Assembly (NCBI GenBank): GCA_049644325.1
Contig: JBARRR010000039.1
Location: forward strand, 19,867 to 83,866
Reading direction: 5' to 3'
DNA length: 64,000 bases
Origin: Candidatus Dormiibacterota bacterium
Lineage (GTDB): Bacteria > Chloroflexota > Dormibacteria > DASZGP01
Positions within the stretch are counted from its first letter, which is position 1. The number at the start of each line of letters is the position of its first letter. Positions 8,994 through 18,027 of the stretch are shown here, piece after piece. A program made the position numbers and the translations under genes. The notes beneath the pieces were generated by a model. It did not search any database, was not told the DNA's origin, and saw nothing but the letters and a program-made list of their open reading frames with translations.

Positions 8994-10289
8994 ATGGTCT
9001 CCGAGCTCCTCTCGCGCGGATTCCGGCGTGCACGTGCGCGCGCCGCCGGTTTCGCGCTGGTAACCGCGATCGGGCTCAGCCTTTTGGCGCCGGTGGGCGC
9101 ACTGGCGGCACCGAGCATCGCCGGCTGCCCCGTGTTCCCCGCCGACAACGTCTGGAACACCGACATCTCCTCCCTCCCGGTGCACGGGCTGAGCGGGGCC
9201 TGGCTCGGCAACATGGGGGGCGCGGGCCGCCACCTTCACCCCGACTTTGGCTCTTCGGGCGATCCCTCGGCGCCCTACGGCATCCCCTACATCGTGGTCA
9301 ACGGCTCCCACGCCAAGGTCTCGGTCACCTTCCAGTACGCCGGCGAAAGTGACAGGGGGCCCTACCCATTCGGCCCCGACACCCCCATCGAGGGCGGCCA
9401 GAACGCGGGCGGCGATCGCCATGCATTGATGGTGGACAGCAGCAGCTGCACCCTTTACGAGCTCTACAACGCGCGGTACAGCTCCGCTGGCTCAACCGCC
9501 GGGTCGGGCGCGGTCTTCAACCTCCGCGCCAACGGGCCCCTGCGCCCGGCGACGTGGACCTCGGCTGACGCCGCCGGTCTGCCGATATTGCCGGGCCTGT
9601 TGCGCCCCGAGGAGGTCCGCGCCGGGGTCGTCAACCACGCCATCCGCTTCACCGCCCAGAGCACCGACCGAAGCTTCATCTGGCCGGCGCGCCACCAGGC
9701 GGGGTCGGCCAGCAACGCCGCCCTGCCGCCGATGGGCGCCCGCTTCCGGCTCAAGGCGGGCTACGACATCTCGCACTTCCACGGCGCGGCGCAGGCGGTC
9801 CTCAACGCCATGAAGCGCTACGGATTGATCCTGGCCGACAACGGCTCCAACTGGTACTTCCAGGGCGCGGCCGACAACAGCTGGGACGACACCATGATCA
9901 ACGAGCTCAAGACTGTTCCGGCCGGCGCCTTCGACGCCGTGGACGAGTCGTCGCTGATGATCGACCCCAACTCCGGCCAGGCGCGGCAGCCCGGTGGGGC
10001 GACGGGACCGGTGTCGAACCGCGCCGCCACCTCATCGGCGCCGGCCGCTTCCGCGCCGGGCACTGCGGCGCCGGCGACCACCGCGACGGCAGACGCGACC
10101 CCATTGGAACAGCACGAGGTGGCCTTTGCGGACCCTGTCGTCGCCTCGACCGGTCGGGCCGCCACCGCCACCGGGGGTGCCCTGGCCGGCCAGTCGCCGC
10201 CGTGGCAGCTGGCCGTGGGGTTGGCGGCGGGCCTGCTGCTGGCGGTCGGCGTCGGTGGCGCCTGGCTCCTGCGCGGCCGGCTCCAGTAA
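8994..10289 (+). CDS. Secreted protein of unknown function, with an Ala/Thr-rich linker and a C-terminal membrane anchor.
   Basis: An N-terminal signal peptide is present (LVTAIGLSLLAPVGALAAPS). The C-terminus is GLAAGLLLAVGVGGAWLLRGRLQ, a hydrophobic helix with a basic tail and no LPXTG. Confidence 0.6.
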   Translation: MVSELLSRGFRRARARAAGFALVTAIGLSLLAPVGALAAPSIAGCPVFPADNVWNTDISSLPVHGLSGAWLGNMGGAGRHLHPDFGSSGDPSAPYGIPYIVVNGSHAKVSVTFQYAGESDRGPYPFGPDTPIEGGQNAGGDRHALMVDSSSCTLYELYNARYSSAGSTAGSGAVFNLRANGPLRPATWTSADAAGLPILPGLLRPEEVRAGVVNHAIRFTAQSTDRSFIWPARHQAGSASNAALPPMGARFRLKAGYDISHFHGAAQAVLNAMKRYGLILADNGSNWYFQGAADNSWDDTMINELKTVPAGAFDAVDESSLMIDPNSGQARQPGGATGPVSNRAATSSAPAASAPGTAAPATTATADATPLEQHEVAFADPVVASTGRAATATGGALAGQSPPWQLAVGLAAGLLLAVGVGGAWLLRGRLQ

Positions 10290-10455
10290 CGCCTTCGGGG
10301 TTACCCGACAAAGATCGCCCCGGCGCGGCGGCGGCGTTCTTGCATCCGTTTTTGCGCCGGTTTGGCAACAACTCCGTACAGCCATTGCGGGGCGGCGGCC
10401 GCACGCGGATGATTGTTTCTGGGACGAAGAAAGGCTGTCGAAAGGGAATACGAGC

Positions 10456-10686
10456 TTGGCCTACGTTGTCATCTGGCAGGGGAGTGGGGGTAACACCAGC
10501 CACTGCCGCGTGTTCAAGGAACAGGCTTCGGCCGAACAGGTAGCCGGTGCTCGCCGCTCCGAGGGGGCGGTCGTGACCGTGGTCGATACCCAGTGGGGAG
10601 GCCGCGCCGTTATCAGCTCAGATTTCCCCGGGGACGAATCCCAGCCGGGCGAACCGGTGGGGGCGCAAGCAGGCAGTCCCATCTAG
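10456..10686 (+). CDS. Possible small protein of about 76 aa (hypothetical). Low confidence.
   Basis: The TTG start is preceded by AAAGGGAATACGAGC. GC3 is about 75% and the translation (MAYVVIWQGSGGNTSHCRVFKEQASAEQ...) is not low-complexity. It sits in a 410-bp gap between convergent genes. Confidence 0.25.
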   Translation: MAYVVIWQGSGGNTSHCRVFKEQASAEQVAGARRSEGAVVTVVDTQWGGRAVISSDFPGDESQPGEPVGAQAGSPI

Positions 10687-10700
10687 AACCGCCGACGCGA

Positions 10701-12260
10701 TCAGACCGGGTAGACCCCGTGCTTGCGGTCGGCGCGGGCCCGGAAGCGGGTGGCATAGAGGTCGAACCGCTTGATCAGCTCAGCGCGCAGGTTGTCGGGC
10801 TCGACCACGTGGTCGACCACCAGCTCGCCGGCCAGCTTGTAGATGTCGACATCCCCGGCGTACTCCTGCTCCAGCTGGCGCCGGCGCACCGCCGCCTCCT
10901 CAGCGGAAAGCCCCTCCAGCTTCTTGGCGAAGACCGCGTTGACGGCGGCTTCCGGGCCCATCACGGCGATGTGGGCCGAAGGCAGGGCTAGGGTCGCATC
11001 GGGGTCGTAGGCTGGTCCGGCCATGGCGTAGAGACCGGCGCCGTAGGCCTTGCGCAGGATCACTGAGATCTTGGGCACCGACGCCTCGCTGACCGCGCTG
11101 ATCATCTTCGCCCCGTGGCGGATGATGCCAGCCCGCTCCACCGCCGTCCCGATCATGAAGCCGGGCACGTCGGCGAGGAAGAGGAGGGGAATGTTGAACG
11201 CGTCGCACAGCCATATGAAGCGGGCCGCCTTGTCGGCGGAGTCGACGAAGAGGACGCCGCCCTTCTGCATCGGCTGGTTGGCGACGACCCCCACGGCCCG
11301 GCCGCCCAGCCGTCCGAAGCCGGTGATCAGCTCCTTGGCGTAAAGCTTCTTGACCTCGAAGAAGGAGCCGGCGTCGACCAGGGCACTGATCACCTTGCGC
11401 ATGTCGTAGCCCTGGTTGGCCTGCTCGGGGATGGTCTGGTCAATCGGCGCCGCTCCTTCCACTGGCTCGGCCGGCTCGGTGGCGCTGACCTCCTCGCGGA
11501 AGCTCTGGGGCATGTAGGCGATGTAGTCCTTGAGGAGTGCGATTGCCTCCTCGTCATCCTTCACCAGGAAGTCACCGGAGCCGCTGACGGTGGCGTGCAT
11601 ACGGGCGCCGCCCATCTCCTCGAGCGTCACCTTCTCGCCGACCACGACCTCGGCCATCCGGGGCGAACCCAGGTACATGCTGGCGTTGCCCTCGACCAGG
11701 GCGACGACGTCGCAAAAGGCAGGGATGTACGCACCGCCGGCGGCCGACGGCCCAAAGAGGAGGCAGACCTGGGGTACCCGGCCGGACAGCGCCACCTCGT
11801 TGTGGAAAATGCGCCCGGCGTGGCGGCGGCCGGGGAACATCTCGACCTGGTCAGTGATGCGGGCGCCGGCGCTGTCGACGAGGTACAGCATCGGGATCAG
11901 GAGCCGCTGCGCGGTCTCCTGGATGCGCACGATCTTCTCCACCGTCCGTGATCCCCACGACCCCGCCTTCACGGTGGGGTCGTTGGCCATCACGCACACC
12001 GGCCGACCGGCGATGCGGCCGACCCCGGTGACGACACCATCGGCGGGCAGGTCCTCGGCGAGTACGTTGGCGTAGAGCCCGTCCTCGACGAAGGAGTCGG
12101 GGTCGAGGAGCAGCTCCAGCCGCCGGCGGACGGGCAGCTTGTTCTGCTCGGCCAGCTTCTCCCGGTGCTTGACCCCGCCGGCGGTGGCCTTGGCTTTGAG
12201 GCGGGTGTGCTTCCGGGCGCTGCTCTCCGGGGCGTGGGGGGTCTCGGCGGCCTCGCTCAC
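10701..12260 (-). CDS. Acyl-CoA carboxylase carboxyltransferase (beta) subunit. It is propionyl-CoA/methylcrotonyl-CoA carboxylase beta-like; the operon context suggests MCC beta.
   Basis: A carboxyltransferase domain is recognisable: VCVMANDPTVKAGSWG, VPQVCLLFGPSAAGGAYIPAFCD and AIALLKDYIAYMPQ. The Arg-rich ORF extension to 12518 is unlikely. The GTG at 12260 overlaps the upstream stop as GTGA. Confidence 0.8.
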   Translation of the reverse strand: MSEAAETPHAPESSARKHTRLKAKATAGGVKHREKLAEQNKLPVRRRLELLLDPDSFVEDGLYANVLAEDLPADGVVTGVGRIAGRPVCVMANDPTVKAGSWGSRTVEKIVRIQETAQRLLIPMLYLVDSAGARITDQVEMFPGRRHAGRIFHNEVALSGRVPQVCLLFGPSAAGGAYIPAFCDVVALVEGNASMYLGSPRMAEVVVGEKVTLEEMGGARMHATVSGSGDFLVKDDEEAIALLKDYIAYMPQSFREEVSATEPAEPVEGAAPIDQTIPEQANQGYDMRKVISALVDAGSFFEVKKLYAKELITGFGRLGGRAVGVVANQPMQKGGVLFVDSADKAARFIWLCDAFNIPLLFLADVPGFMIGTAVERAGIIRHGAKMISAVSEASVPKISVILRKAYGAGLYAMAGPAYDPDATLALPSAHIAVMGPEAAVNAVFAKKLEGLSAEEAAVRRRQLEQEYAGDVDIYKLAGELVVDHVVEPDNLRAELIKRFDLYATRFRARADRKHGVYPV

Positions 12261-13213
12261 GAGCCGGTCTCGGCGGTGGTCGGGACCAGCCAGGGGGCCG
12301 GCCCGGCCCGGTGCAGCCGGCCGGGGAGCTCCTTGCCCAGCGCGGTCTCCAGCTGGTTGGCCGCCTCGGTCAGAGCCTCGAGGTCCACTCCCGTCTCGTA
12401 GCCGGCGTCGTGGATCATCGCGATCAGGTCCTCGCTGCAGACGTTGCCCGTCGAATTGGGGGCGAAGGGGCAGCCGCCGATACCGCCGACCGAACCCTCG
12501 AAGGTCCGCACCCCGCACTCCAGCGCCACCAGGGCGTTGGCCAGCGCCATGCCCCGGGTGTCATGGAAGTGCATGGCGATGTCGACGTTGGGGAAGCGCT
12601 CCAGCGCCAGCGTGCTCACCGCCCGGACGCCCGAGGGGGTGGCGACGCCGATGGTGTCGCCGAAGGAGATCTCGGCGCAGCCGAATTCGACCAGCCGATC
12701 GGCCAGCGCGATCGCCCGCTCGGGGGTCACCGGCCCGTCATAGGGGCAGCCCCAGGTGACGCTGACCGAGGCATCGACCCGGACGTCGCGATCGATGGCG
12801 TCGAGGGTGATGTTGCGGATCTCGGTGAGCGTCTCCTCGACGCTGCGGTTCAGGTTGTGGCGGTTGAATCCGTCGGTGACGCCGACGTTCACCAGGACGT
12901 TGCGGACGCCGAGGTCGAGCGCGTCGCGGTAGCCGCGCATGTTGGGCACCAGCACCCGGACGCGGGCGGGATCCGCCGGCATCTCCGCCACCAGGTCGGT
13001 GCTGAGTCCGCGCAGGACCTCGGCCGCGTCGGCCATCTGCGGCACCCAGGTCGGCGAGACCAGGGCGGTGGCCTCGACCCGCGGCACCCCGGCGGCCAGC
13101 GCCGCCCGGATAAGGTCGAGCTTGACCGGGGTTGGGACCGGGTCGGGCCAGTTCTGGAAACCATCCCGAGGCCCGACCTCGATGAAGGCGACCCGGGTGC
13201 CGGGCTTGCTCAC
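12257..13213 (-). CDS. Hydroxymethylglutaryl-CoA lyase.
   Basis: It has the DRE/TIM-barrel motifs FIEVGPRDGFQN, HFHDTRGMALANALVALECGV and GGCPFAP. Confidence 0.85.
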   Translation of the reverse strand: MSKPGTRVAFIEVGPRDGFQNWPDPVPTPVKLDLIRAALAAGVPRVEATALVSPTWVPQMADAAEVLRGLSTDLVAEMPADPARVRVLVPNMRGYRDALDLGVRNVLVNVGVTDGFNRHNLNRSVEETLTEIRNITLDAIDRDVRVDASVSVTWGCPYDGPVTPERAIALADRLVEFGCAEISFGDTIGVATPSGVRAVSTLALERFPNVDIAMHFHDTRGMALANALVALECGVRTFEGSVGGIGGCPFAPNSTGNVCSEDLIAMIHDAGYETGVDLEALTEAANQLETALGKELPGRLHRAGPAPWLVPTTAETGS

Positions 13214-14001
13214 TTGCCCTTGAACTCCGGCTCCCGCTTCTCGAAGAAGGCCATCACCCCCTCCTTGGTGTCCTCGGTCAGGGTCACCAGCGCCAGCTGC
13301 GCCTGGAGGTACTCCAGGGCGGCCCGGAACTCCATGTCCTGCGTCCGGTAGAAGGAGTCGCGACCCAGCCTCATGATGATCGGCGACTTCTTCTCCAGCT
13401 TCTGGGTGATCTCGTCTACGGCGGCGTCGAGCTCGGCGTAGGGGACGACCCGGTTGACCAGCCCGATGCGCTGGGCCTCCTCGGCGTCGAAGCGCTCGCC
13501 CAGCAGCAGCATCTCCAGCAGCTTCTTGCGGGGCAGGTTCCGGAGCAGCACCGCCTGGATCATCATCGCCCAGACTCCGACATTGACCTCGGGAGTGCCA
13601 AAGGTGGCGTTATTGGCGGCGACTAGGATGTCGCAGCTGGCTGCCAGGCCCAGCCCGCCGGCCAGGGCGTGGCCGTTGATGCGGCCGACGATGGGCTTGC
13701 CCAGCTCCGTCATCAGGACGAAGAGGTCGACAAACAGGTGACGCCCGAGGTGGCGCTCGACCTCGCCCTCCTCGGGGTTGAAGGAGCTCAGGTCGGCCCC
13801 GGCGCAGAAGGCCTTGTCGCCGGCGCCGGTCAGCACGACGACCCGGACCTCGGGCTCATCCTTGGCCCAGCGGAAGGCCGCCAGCAGGTCGACCAGCATG
13901 CCGCCGCCCAGCGGGTTGCGCTGGTCGGGCCGGTTCAGCGTGATCGTGGCACGGTGGCCCTGGATGTGGACGAGGACGTTTTCGAGTTCGGGTACCGCCA
14001 T
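13210..14001 (-). CDS. Enoyl-CoA hydratase/isomerase (crotonase fold). In this context it is a candidate methylglutaconyl-CoA hydratase.
   Basis: Motifs ITLNRPDQRNPL, VVLTGAGDKAFCAGADL and GHALAGGLGLAASCD are present. There is a 4-nt overlap with the downstream lyase. Confidence 0.8.
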   Translation of the reverse strand: MAVPELENVLVHIQGHRATITLNRPDQRNPLGGGMLVDLLAAFRWAKDEPEVRVVVLTGAGDKAFCAGADLSSFNPEEGEVERHLGRHLFVDLFVLMTELGKPIVGRINGHALAGGLGLAASCDILVAANNATFGTPEVNVGVWAMMIQAVLLRNLPRKKLLEMLLLGERFDAEEAQRIGLVNRVVPYAELDAAVDEITQKLEKKSPIIMRLGRDSFYRTQDMEFRAALEYLQAQLALVTLTEDTKEGVMAFFEKREPEFKGK

Positions 14002-14022
14002 GTGCGGAGTATATTGCCGCGC

Positions 14023-14739
14023 ATGGCCGCCAACCGCCCGCTGATCGCCGACGTCCGCCGGGGGCTGGCCGCGCGGGCCGACCCCGTGCGGGCCGAGTAC
14101 CAGAAGGCCTACATGAAGTCAGCGCTGCCTTACTACGGCGTCAACAACGGCGACATGCGGCGCACCGCAAGGCGGGTTTTCGCGGAGCACCCGCTGCCTG
14201 ACTTCGCCGCCTGGCGCGACACCGCGCTGGAGCTTTGGCGCAGGGCGAGGCACCGCGAGGAGCGATACGCCGCCCTGGAGCTGCTGGGGTACCGAGCCTA
14301 CCGGGAGCACCAGGTCCTGGCGGCCCTACCCATGTATGAGGAGATGGTGGTCACCGGGGGATGGTGGGATTACGTCGATGACATCGCGGTCCACCGCCTT
14401 GGCCCCATGCTGCTGGCGTTCCCCAGGGAGATGGGCCGGGAGATTCGGGACTGGAGCAGGGACCCCGACATGTGGAAGCGGCGGGCGTCGATCATCTGCC
14501 AGGTTCTGGCCCGGGGCAGGACCGACACCGGCCTGCTCAGGGCCGCGATCCAACCCAACCTGGGGGACCGGGACTTCTTCATCCGCAAGGCAATCGGGTG
14601 GGCGCTGCGGGAGCACGCCAAGGTCGATGCCGCCTGGGTGGCGGCTTACGTCGCCGAGCATGAATCCCAGCTCAGCGGGCTGAGCCGGCGCGAGGCGCTC
14701 AAGCACATAAGTCGTCACAGCACCGCGGGCAATGTTTGA
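14023..14739 (+). CDS. DNA alkylation repair protein (AlkD/AlkC-like HEAT-repeat glycosylase family). Tentative.
   Basis: The product is about 238 aa and all-helical, with GWWDYVDDIAVHRLGPML and GWALRE. The ATG at 14023 is 21 bp from the divergent hydratase start. The ORF extension from 13669 overlaps the neighbour and is rejected. Confidence 0.5.
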   Translation: MAANRPLIADVRRGLAARADPVRAEYQKAYMKSALPYYGVNNGDMRRTARRVFAEHPLPDFAAWRDTALELWRRARHREERYAALELLGYRAYREHQVLAALPMYEEMVVTGGWWDYVDDIAVHRLGPMLLAFPREMGREIRDWSRDPDMWKRRASIICQVLARGRTDTGLLRAAIQPNLGDRDFFIRKAIGWALREHAKVDAAWVAAYVAEHESQLSGLSRREALKHISRHSTAGNV

Positions 14740-14901
14740 CACGGTCATCACGGATGCTGTCTACAATTAACGCCGCCCCCGGGAAGCCGGGCAGTGAATT
14801 TTGCAGGGATCCCGAAGACCCGAGTCGCAAGGATCGCAGACCTGATAGCTCTGCTTCGTAACCCAGAGGTCCCGTTACCAACCATCTAGGAGGTCCATCT
14901 A

Positions 14902-15210
14902 GTGAGCTATCAGGACAAGGTCCTGACCTGTCGTGACTGCGGTCAGCAGTTCACATTCACCGCAGGCGAACAGGAGTTTTACGCGTCCAAGGGTTTGCAG
15001 AACGAGCCCGGTCGGTGCCCCGACTGCCGCGCCATCCGGCGTGGTTCTCGTGGCGGCGCCGGCGCCGGCGGCAGCGCCTCACGTCAAATGTTTGACGTGG
15101 TCTGCAGCAGCTGCGGTCAGCCGACCCAGGTACCCTTCCAGCCGACGAGTGGCCGGCCGGTGTACTGCAGCGACTGCTTCAGCCGGCTGCCCGGACGCAG
15201 CTACCGGTAG
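14902..15210 (+). CDS. Small double zinc-ribbon protein (two CxxC...CxxC units).
   Basis: The two units are CRDCGQQFTF..FYASKGL..PGRCPDCR and a second CSSCGQP...YCSDCF. A GTG start is preceded by AGGAGG at -8. The gene is convergent with the helicase gene. Confidence 0.7.
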   Translation: MSYQDKVLTCRDCGQQFTFTAGEQEFYASKGLQNEPGRCPDCRAIRRGSRGGAGAGGSASRQMFDVVCSSCGQPTQVPFQPTSGRPVYCSDCFSRLPGRSYR

Positions 15211-15288
15211 AAACGATGCGGCCCTTGGGGCCGCCATCGCGGATCGAGAGGGCCCCTTCTGGGGCCCTCTCCTTTTTTGCCGCCCCGG

Positions 15289-18027
15289 CTACCCTTCGGC
15301 GGGTGCCGGCGGGTCTCCACTGGGTTCGCGGGGCGGCGCGACCCGCTCGGCCGGGGACGACTCGGTTGGCATCGAGGGATGCTCGACGTTTGTTGTTTGG
15401 CCACCGTCCGACGCTGCTGTGGTGTCGCCTGGCATGGCGCCGCGTCTCCGACGCCGGCGGCGACGCCTTCTCGACCGGCGCGGCGGATCCATGTCGCCGG
15501 TGCGCGGGCGCGTGTCGGAGCCTGCCACCGCGTCGGCCTCGCCGGCGGCGCCGTTCTCGGCGGCATCGGGGAGAGCTTCGCCTGGGGTCCAGTCGCGCAG
15601 GCGGGGCAGCCGCCGCGGCGTGGCGTCGGCGCCGCTGTCGCCGCCACCGCCGTTCTCCTCCGTCGGTGTGATCGACACCACCCGAGCCTGGCCCTCGCGG
15701 GGCTGGCGGGTGCGGCGCCGGCGGCGCTTCTGGCCCTTGGCGACGTGCGGCAGGCGGTTCCAGGGGATGATCGCGCCGCTGCGGCGAAAGCCCTCCAAAA
15801 CCTGGCGGAGGACGCGGTTGCTGCGCACCGTCTGGCTGTCGCCGACGATGATCAGCAGCCTCTTGGCTCGCGACATGGCCACGTTGATCCGGTTGTGAAC
15901 CTCGAGGAAGCCGACCATGCCACGCGGGTTGCTGCGGACCAGGTCGACGATGACGATGTCGGCCTCGGCGCCCTCGAAGGCGTCGACGGTGTCGGCCCGG
16001 AAGTCGCGATTGGTCCATTGCTTCCAGCCGCCGTACCGGCGCAGCTGCTCGCGGTACATCCCGATCAACGCGATGTTGAGGGACGGGTCGGTGCGCTCGC
16101 TCACCATCCGCACCAGACCGCGGCAGATGTTGACGTGGTTGAGGTTGTAGATCGATCCGTTGCCGGTACGCATCTCACGGACCTCGGCGCCCGCGGAGTC
16201 AATCCAGATCAGGGAGCGGGGCGCGCCCATGATCTTGGGGCGCTGGTACTTCTTGACCACCTCGCCATCGCGCAGCTGGCCGCGGTAGAAGCGCTGGCTA
16301 ACCAGGTGGCGGATCGCCGGGTGCATCCGGTGCTGGACCAGGAAAACCGTCTTGTTGGTCTCCGGCAGGGTCGAGCCCCACAGGATCTCGAAATAGCTGC
16401 TGCGGGCCAGGTGCCACTCCGGGGTGCCGCGGCGGAGCTCGCCGAGGTCCTCCTCCTCGACGACTGGAGGAAGCTGGTGGTGATCGCCGATGAGGACGAC
16501 CCGCTCGCCGAGGGCGATGAAGGGAAGGGTCTCCTCGGCGCGGGCCTTGTTGGCCTCGTCGAGGAAAGCGTAGGTGTACTGCTCGCCCCGCTGGCCCTCG
16601 GTCACCACCGCCTTGTTGCAGGTTGCCGCCACAACGCGCTCGTCGCCGGCGCGGTCCCAGGTGCCCACGCCGACGTCGTCGCCGGCGCGGAGGCGGAAGA
16701 TCTTGACGCCGACCTTCTGCAGGCGCTCGGTGGCGTCGTCGACGGCGCGGTTGGAGTGCGAGGAGATCAGGATCCGGGCGTGCGGCTGCGCCTCCAGGAT
16801 CTGGCGCACGGCCTCGACGATGACGGTCGTCTTGCCGGTGCCGGGCGGCCCTTGCAGCATCATCACCGAGCCCTGGGGCATCGCCACCACGCGACGTACG
16901 GCCTCCTGCTGCTCGAGGTTGTCCTCGATCATCTCGTTGAACAAGGGGTTCGGTAGCGCGTCGTCGCGGGGTTGGGGGATCTTCTCCGGCTCCGCCACCA
17001 GCTGCACCACGGTGGCCAGGTCGGGGTGACCGGAGAGCGCCATGTCCAGGGCGTGGCGCTGCGCCGCGGCCACCGCGCCACCTTCGATGGGGGAGACCTC
17101 GACGTTGTCGGGCAGAACCGCCGGGCGCTTGAAGGAGACCCGCAGCCGGTTGCGGTCCATCACCTCGAACGGCGCCTCGATCTCGCCGTACGGCGTGATC
17201 ACCTGGAGCTTCTGGAAGGAGTTGAAACGATCTGCCTGTCCGGGGCCCAGCTCCAGGGTCGCCTGGGTCGCCGCACCGGGGTTTTGGAAGCCCGAACCGA
17301 GCGGCTTGCCGCAGTTGGGGCACGCGCGCTGTGGCGGCTCCATGCGGTGGTGGCAGCCTGGGCACTCCAGCTCCGTCGACGCCACCGTGGCCTTGCGGCG
17401 CAGCTCCCGGGCGCGCTTCTCGCGCGCGGTCTGGAGCACGTCGAGGACGGTGTCGACCTGCTCCAGGAAGGTGCGGGCAGGCGAGGAAACTGGGATCGGC
17501 GTGAAGGTGCCCAGGTCCTCCCCGTCGCTGCCGGCGGCGGCGCCCGGGGTCCCGGGCACGCCGAAGTTGCGATACCACTGGGCCAGCTCCGAGCTCCATT
17601 CCTGGCCGACGGGGGCGAACGTGACCCTCGGGGCCTCGATCTTGGGCAGCAGCAGCCACTCGCTCTGGCTGACCTCGATCGGCTTCATGTCCTCGATTCG
17701 AAGCGCCGCGCGCTGCATGTTCATGTCGTTGGGCGGCGTGTCCACGTGGGTGGCGAAGGCGTGGTACTTGCCCGGCTGGGGCTGGAAGATGAGGGTCACC
17801 TCGTAGGCGCGACCCAGCATCAACCCGAAGGTCACCCCGGCGAAGAAGTCGCTGAGGTAGACGTAGGCGTCATCCTTGCCCTCTGACAGCGCGGCCAGCC
17901 AGGGCACGTTGGAGAGATCCACCTGGATGACCAGGTGTTCGAGCGAGTAGTCCCGAAGCGGTTCAACCGCAGGATTGTCGATGAGTGTGTTGTTGTGTCC
18001 GGGGTGCTCGGGTGGGGCTCGCTTCAC
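15289..18027 (-). CDS. Upf1-like (DNA2/NAM7-type) SF1B helicase, 912 aa. It has an uncharacterised N-terminal region of about 370 aa containing a C4 zinc ribbon, and an Arg-rich, poly-R disordered C-terminal tail.
   Basis: The helicase motifs are: motif I MLQGPPGTGKTT, motif II FLDEANKA, motif III GDHHQLPPV, motif V VQHRMHPAI and motif VI VAMSRAKRLLIIVGD. The zinc ribbon is ECPGCHHRMEPPQRACPNCG at about aa 221-240. The tail from aa 765 onward includes RRSRRRRRRRRRRG. Confidence 0.8.
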   Translation of the reverse strand: MKRAPPEHPGHNNTLIDNPAVEPLRDYSLEHLVIQVDLSNVPWLAALSEGKDDAYVYLSDFFAGVTFGLMLGRAYEVTLIFQPQPGKYHAFATHVDTPPNDMNMQRAALRIEDMKPIEVSQSEWLLLPKIEAPRVTFAPVGQEWSSELAQWYRNFGVPGTPGAAAGSDGEDLGTFTPIPVSSPARTFLEQVDTVLDVLQTAREKRARELRRKATVASTELECPGCHHRMEPPQRACPNCGKPLGSGFQNPGAATQATLELGPGQADRFNSFQKLQVITPYGEIEAPFEVMDRNRLRVSFKRPAVLPDNVEVSPIEGGAVAAAQRHALDMALSGHPDLATVVQLVAEPEKIPQPRDDALPNPLFNEMIEDNLEQQEAVRRVVAMPQGSVMMLQGPPGTGKTTVIVEAVRQILEAQPHARILISSHSNRAVDDATERLQKVGVKIFRLRAGDDVGVGTWDRAGDERVVAATCNKAVVTEGQRGEQYTYAFLDEANKARAEETLPFIALGERVVLIGDHHQLPPVVEEEDLGELRRGTPEWHLARSSYFEILWGSTLPETNKTVFLVQHRMHPAIRHLVSQRFYRGQLRDGEVVKKYQRPKIMGAPRSLIWIDSAGAEVREMRTGNGSIYNLNHVNICRGLVRMVSERTDPSLNIALIGMYREQLRRYGGWKQWTNRDFRADTVDAFEGAEADIVIVDLVRSNPRGMVGFLEVHNRINVAMSRAKRLLIIVGDSQTVRSNRVLRQVLEGFRRSGAIIPWNRLPHVAKGQKRRRRRTRQPREGQARVVSITPTEENGGGGDSGADATPRRLPRLRDWTPGEALPDAAENGAAGEADAVAGSDTRPRTGDMDPPRRSRRRRRRRRRRGAMPGDTTAASDGGQTTNVEHPSMPTESSPAERVAPPREPSGDPPAPAEG

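Noticed and set aside
12261-12518. An 86-aa Arg-rich N-terminal extension of the carboxyltransferase.
   Set aside because: It would overlap the HMG-CoA lyase coding region entirely. The GTG at 12260 gives GTGA coupling and a typical N-terminus.
13669-14022. An N-terminal extension of the AlkD-like ORF starting at 13669.
   Set aside because: It overlaps the enoyl-CoA hydratase on the opposite strand for 330 nt. An internal ATG at 14023 gives a normal-length protein.
15420-15480. The poly-Arg tract in the helicase tail as a possible simple-sequence repeat or slippage site.
   Set aside because: The codons are a mixture of CGG/AGA/AGG/CGT/CGC, so there is no nucleotide-level repeat. It is more likely a genuine low-complexity protein region.
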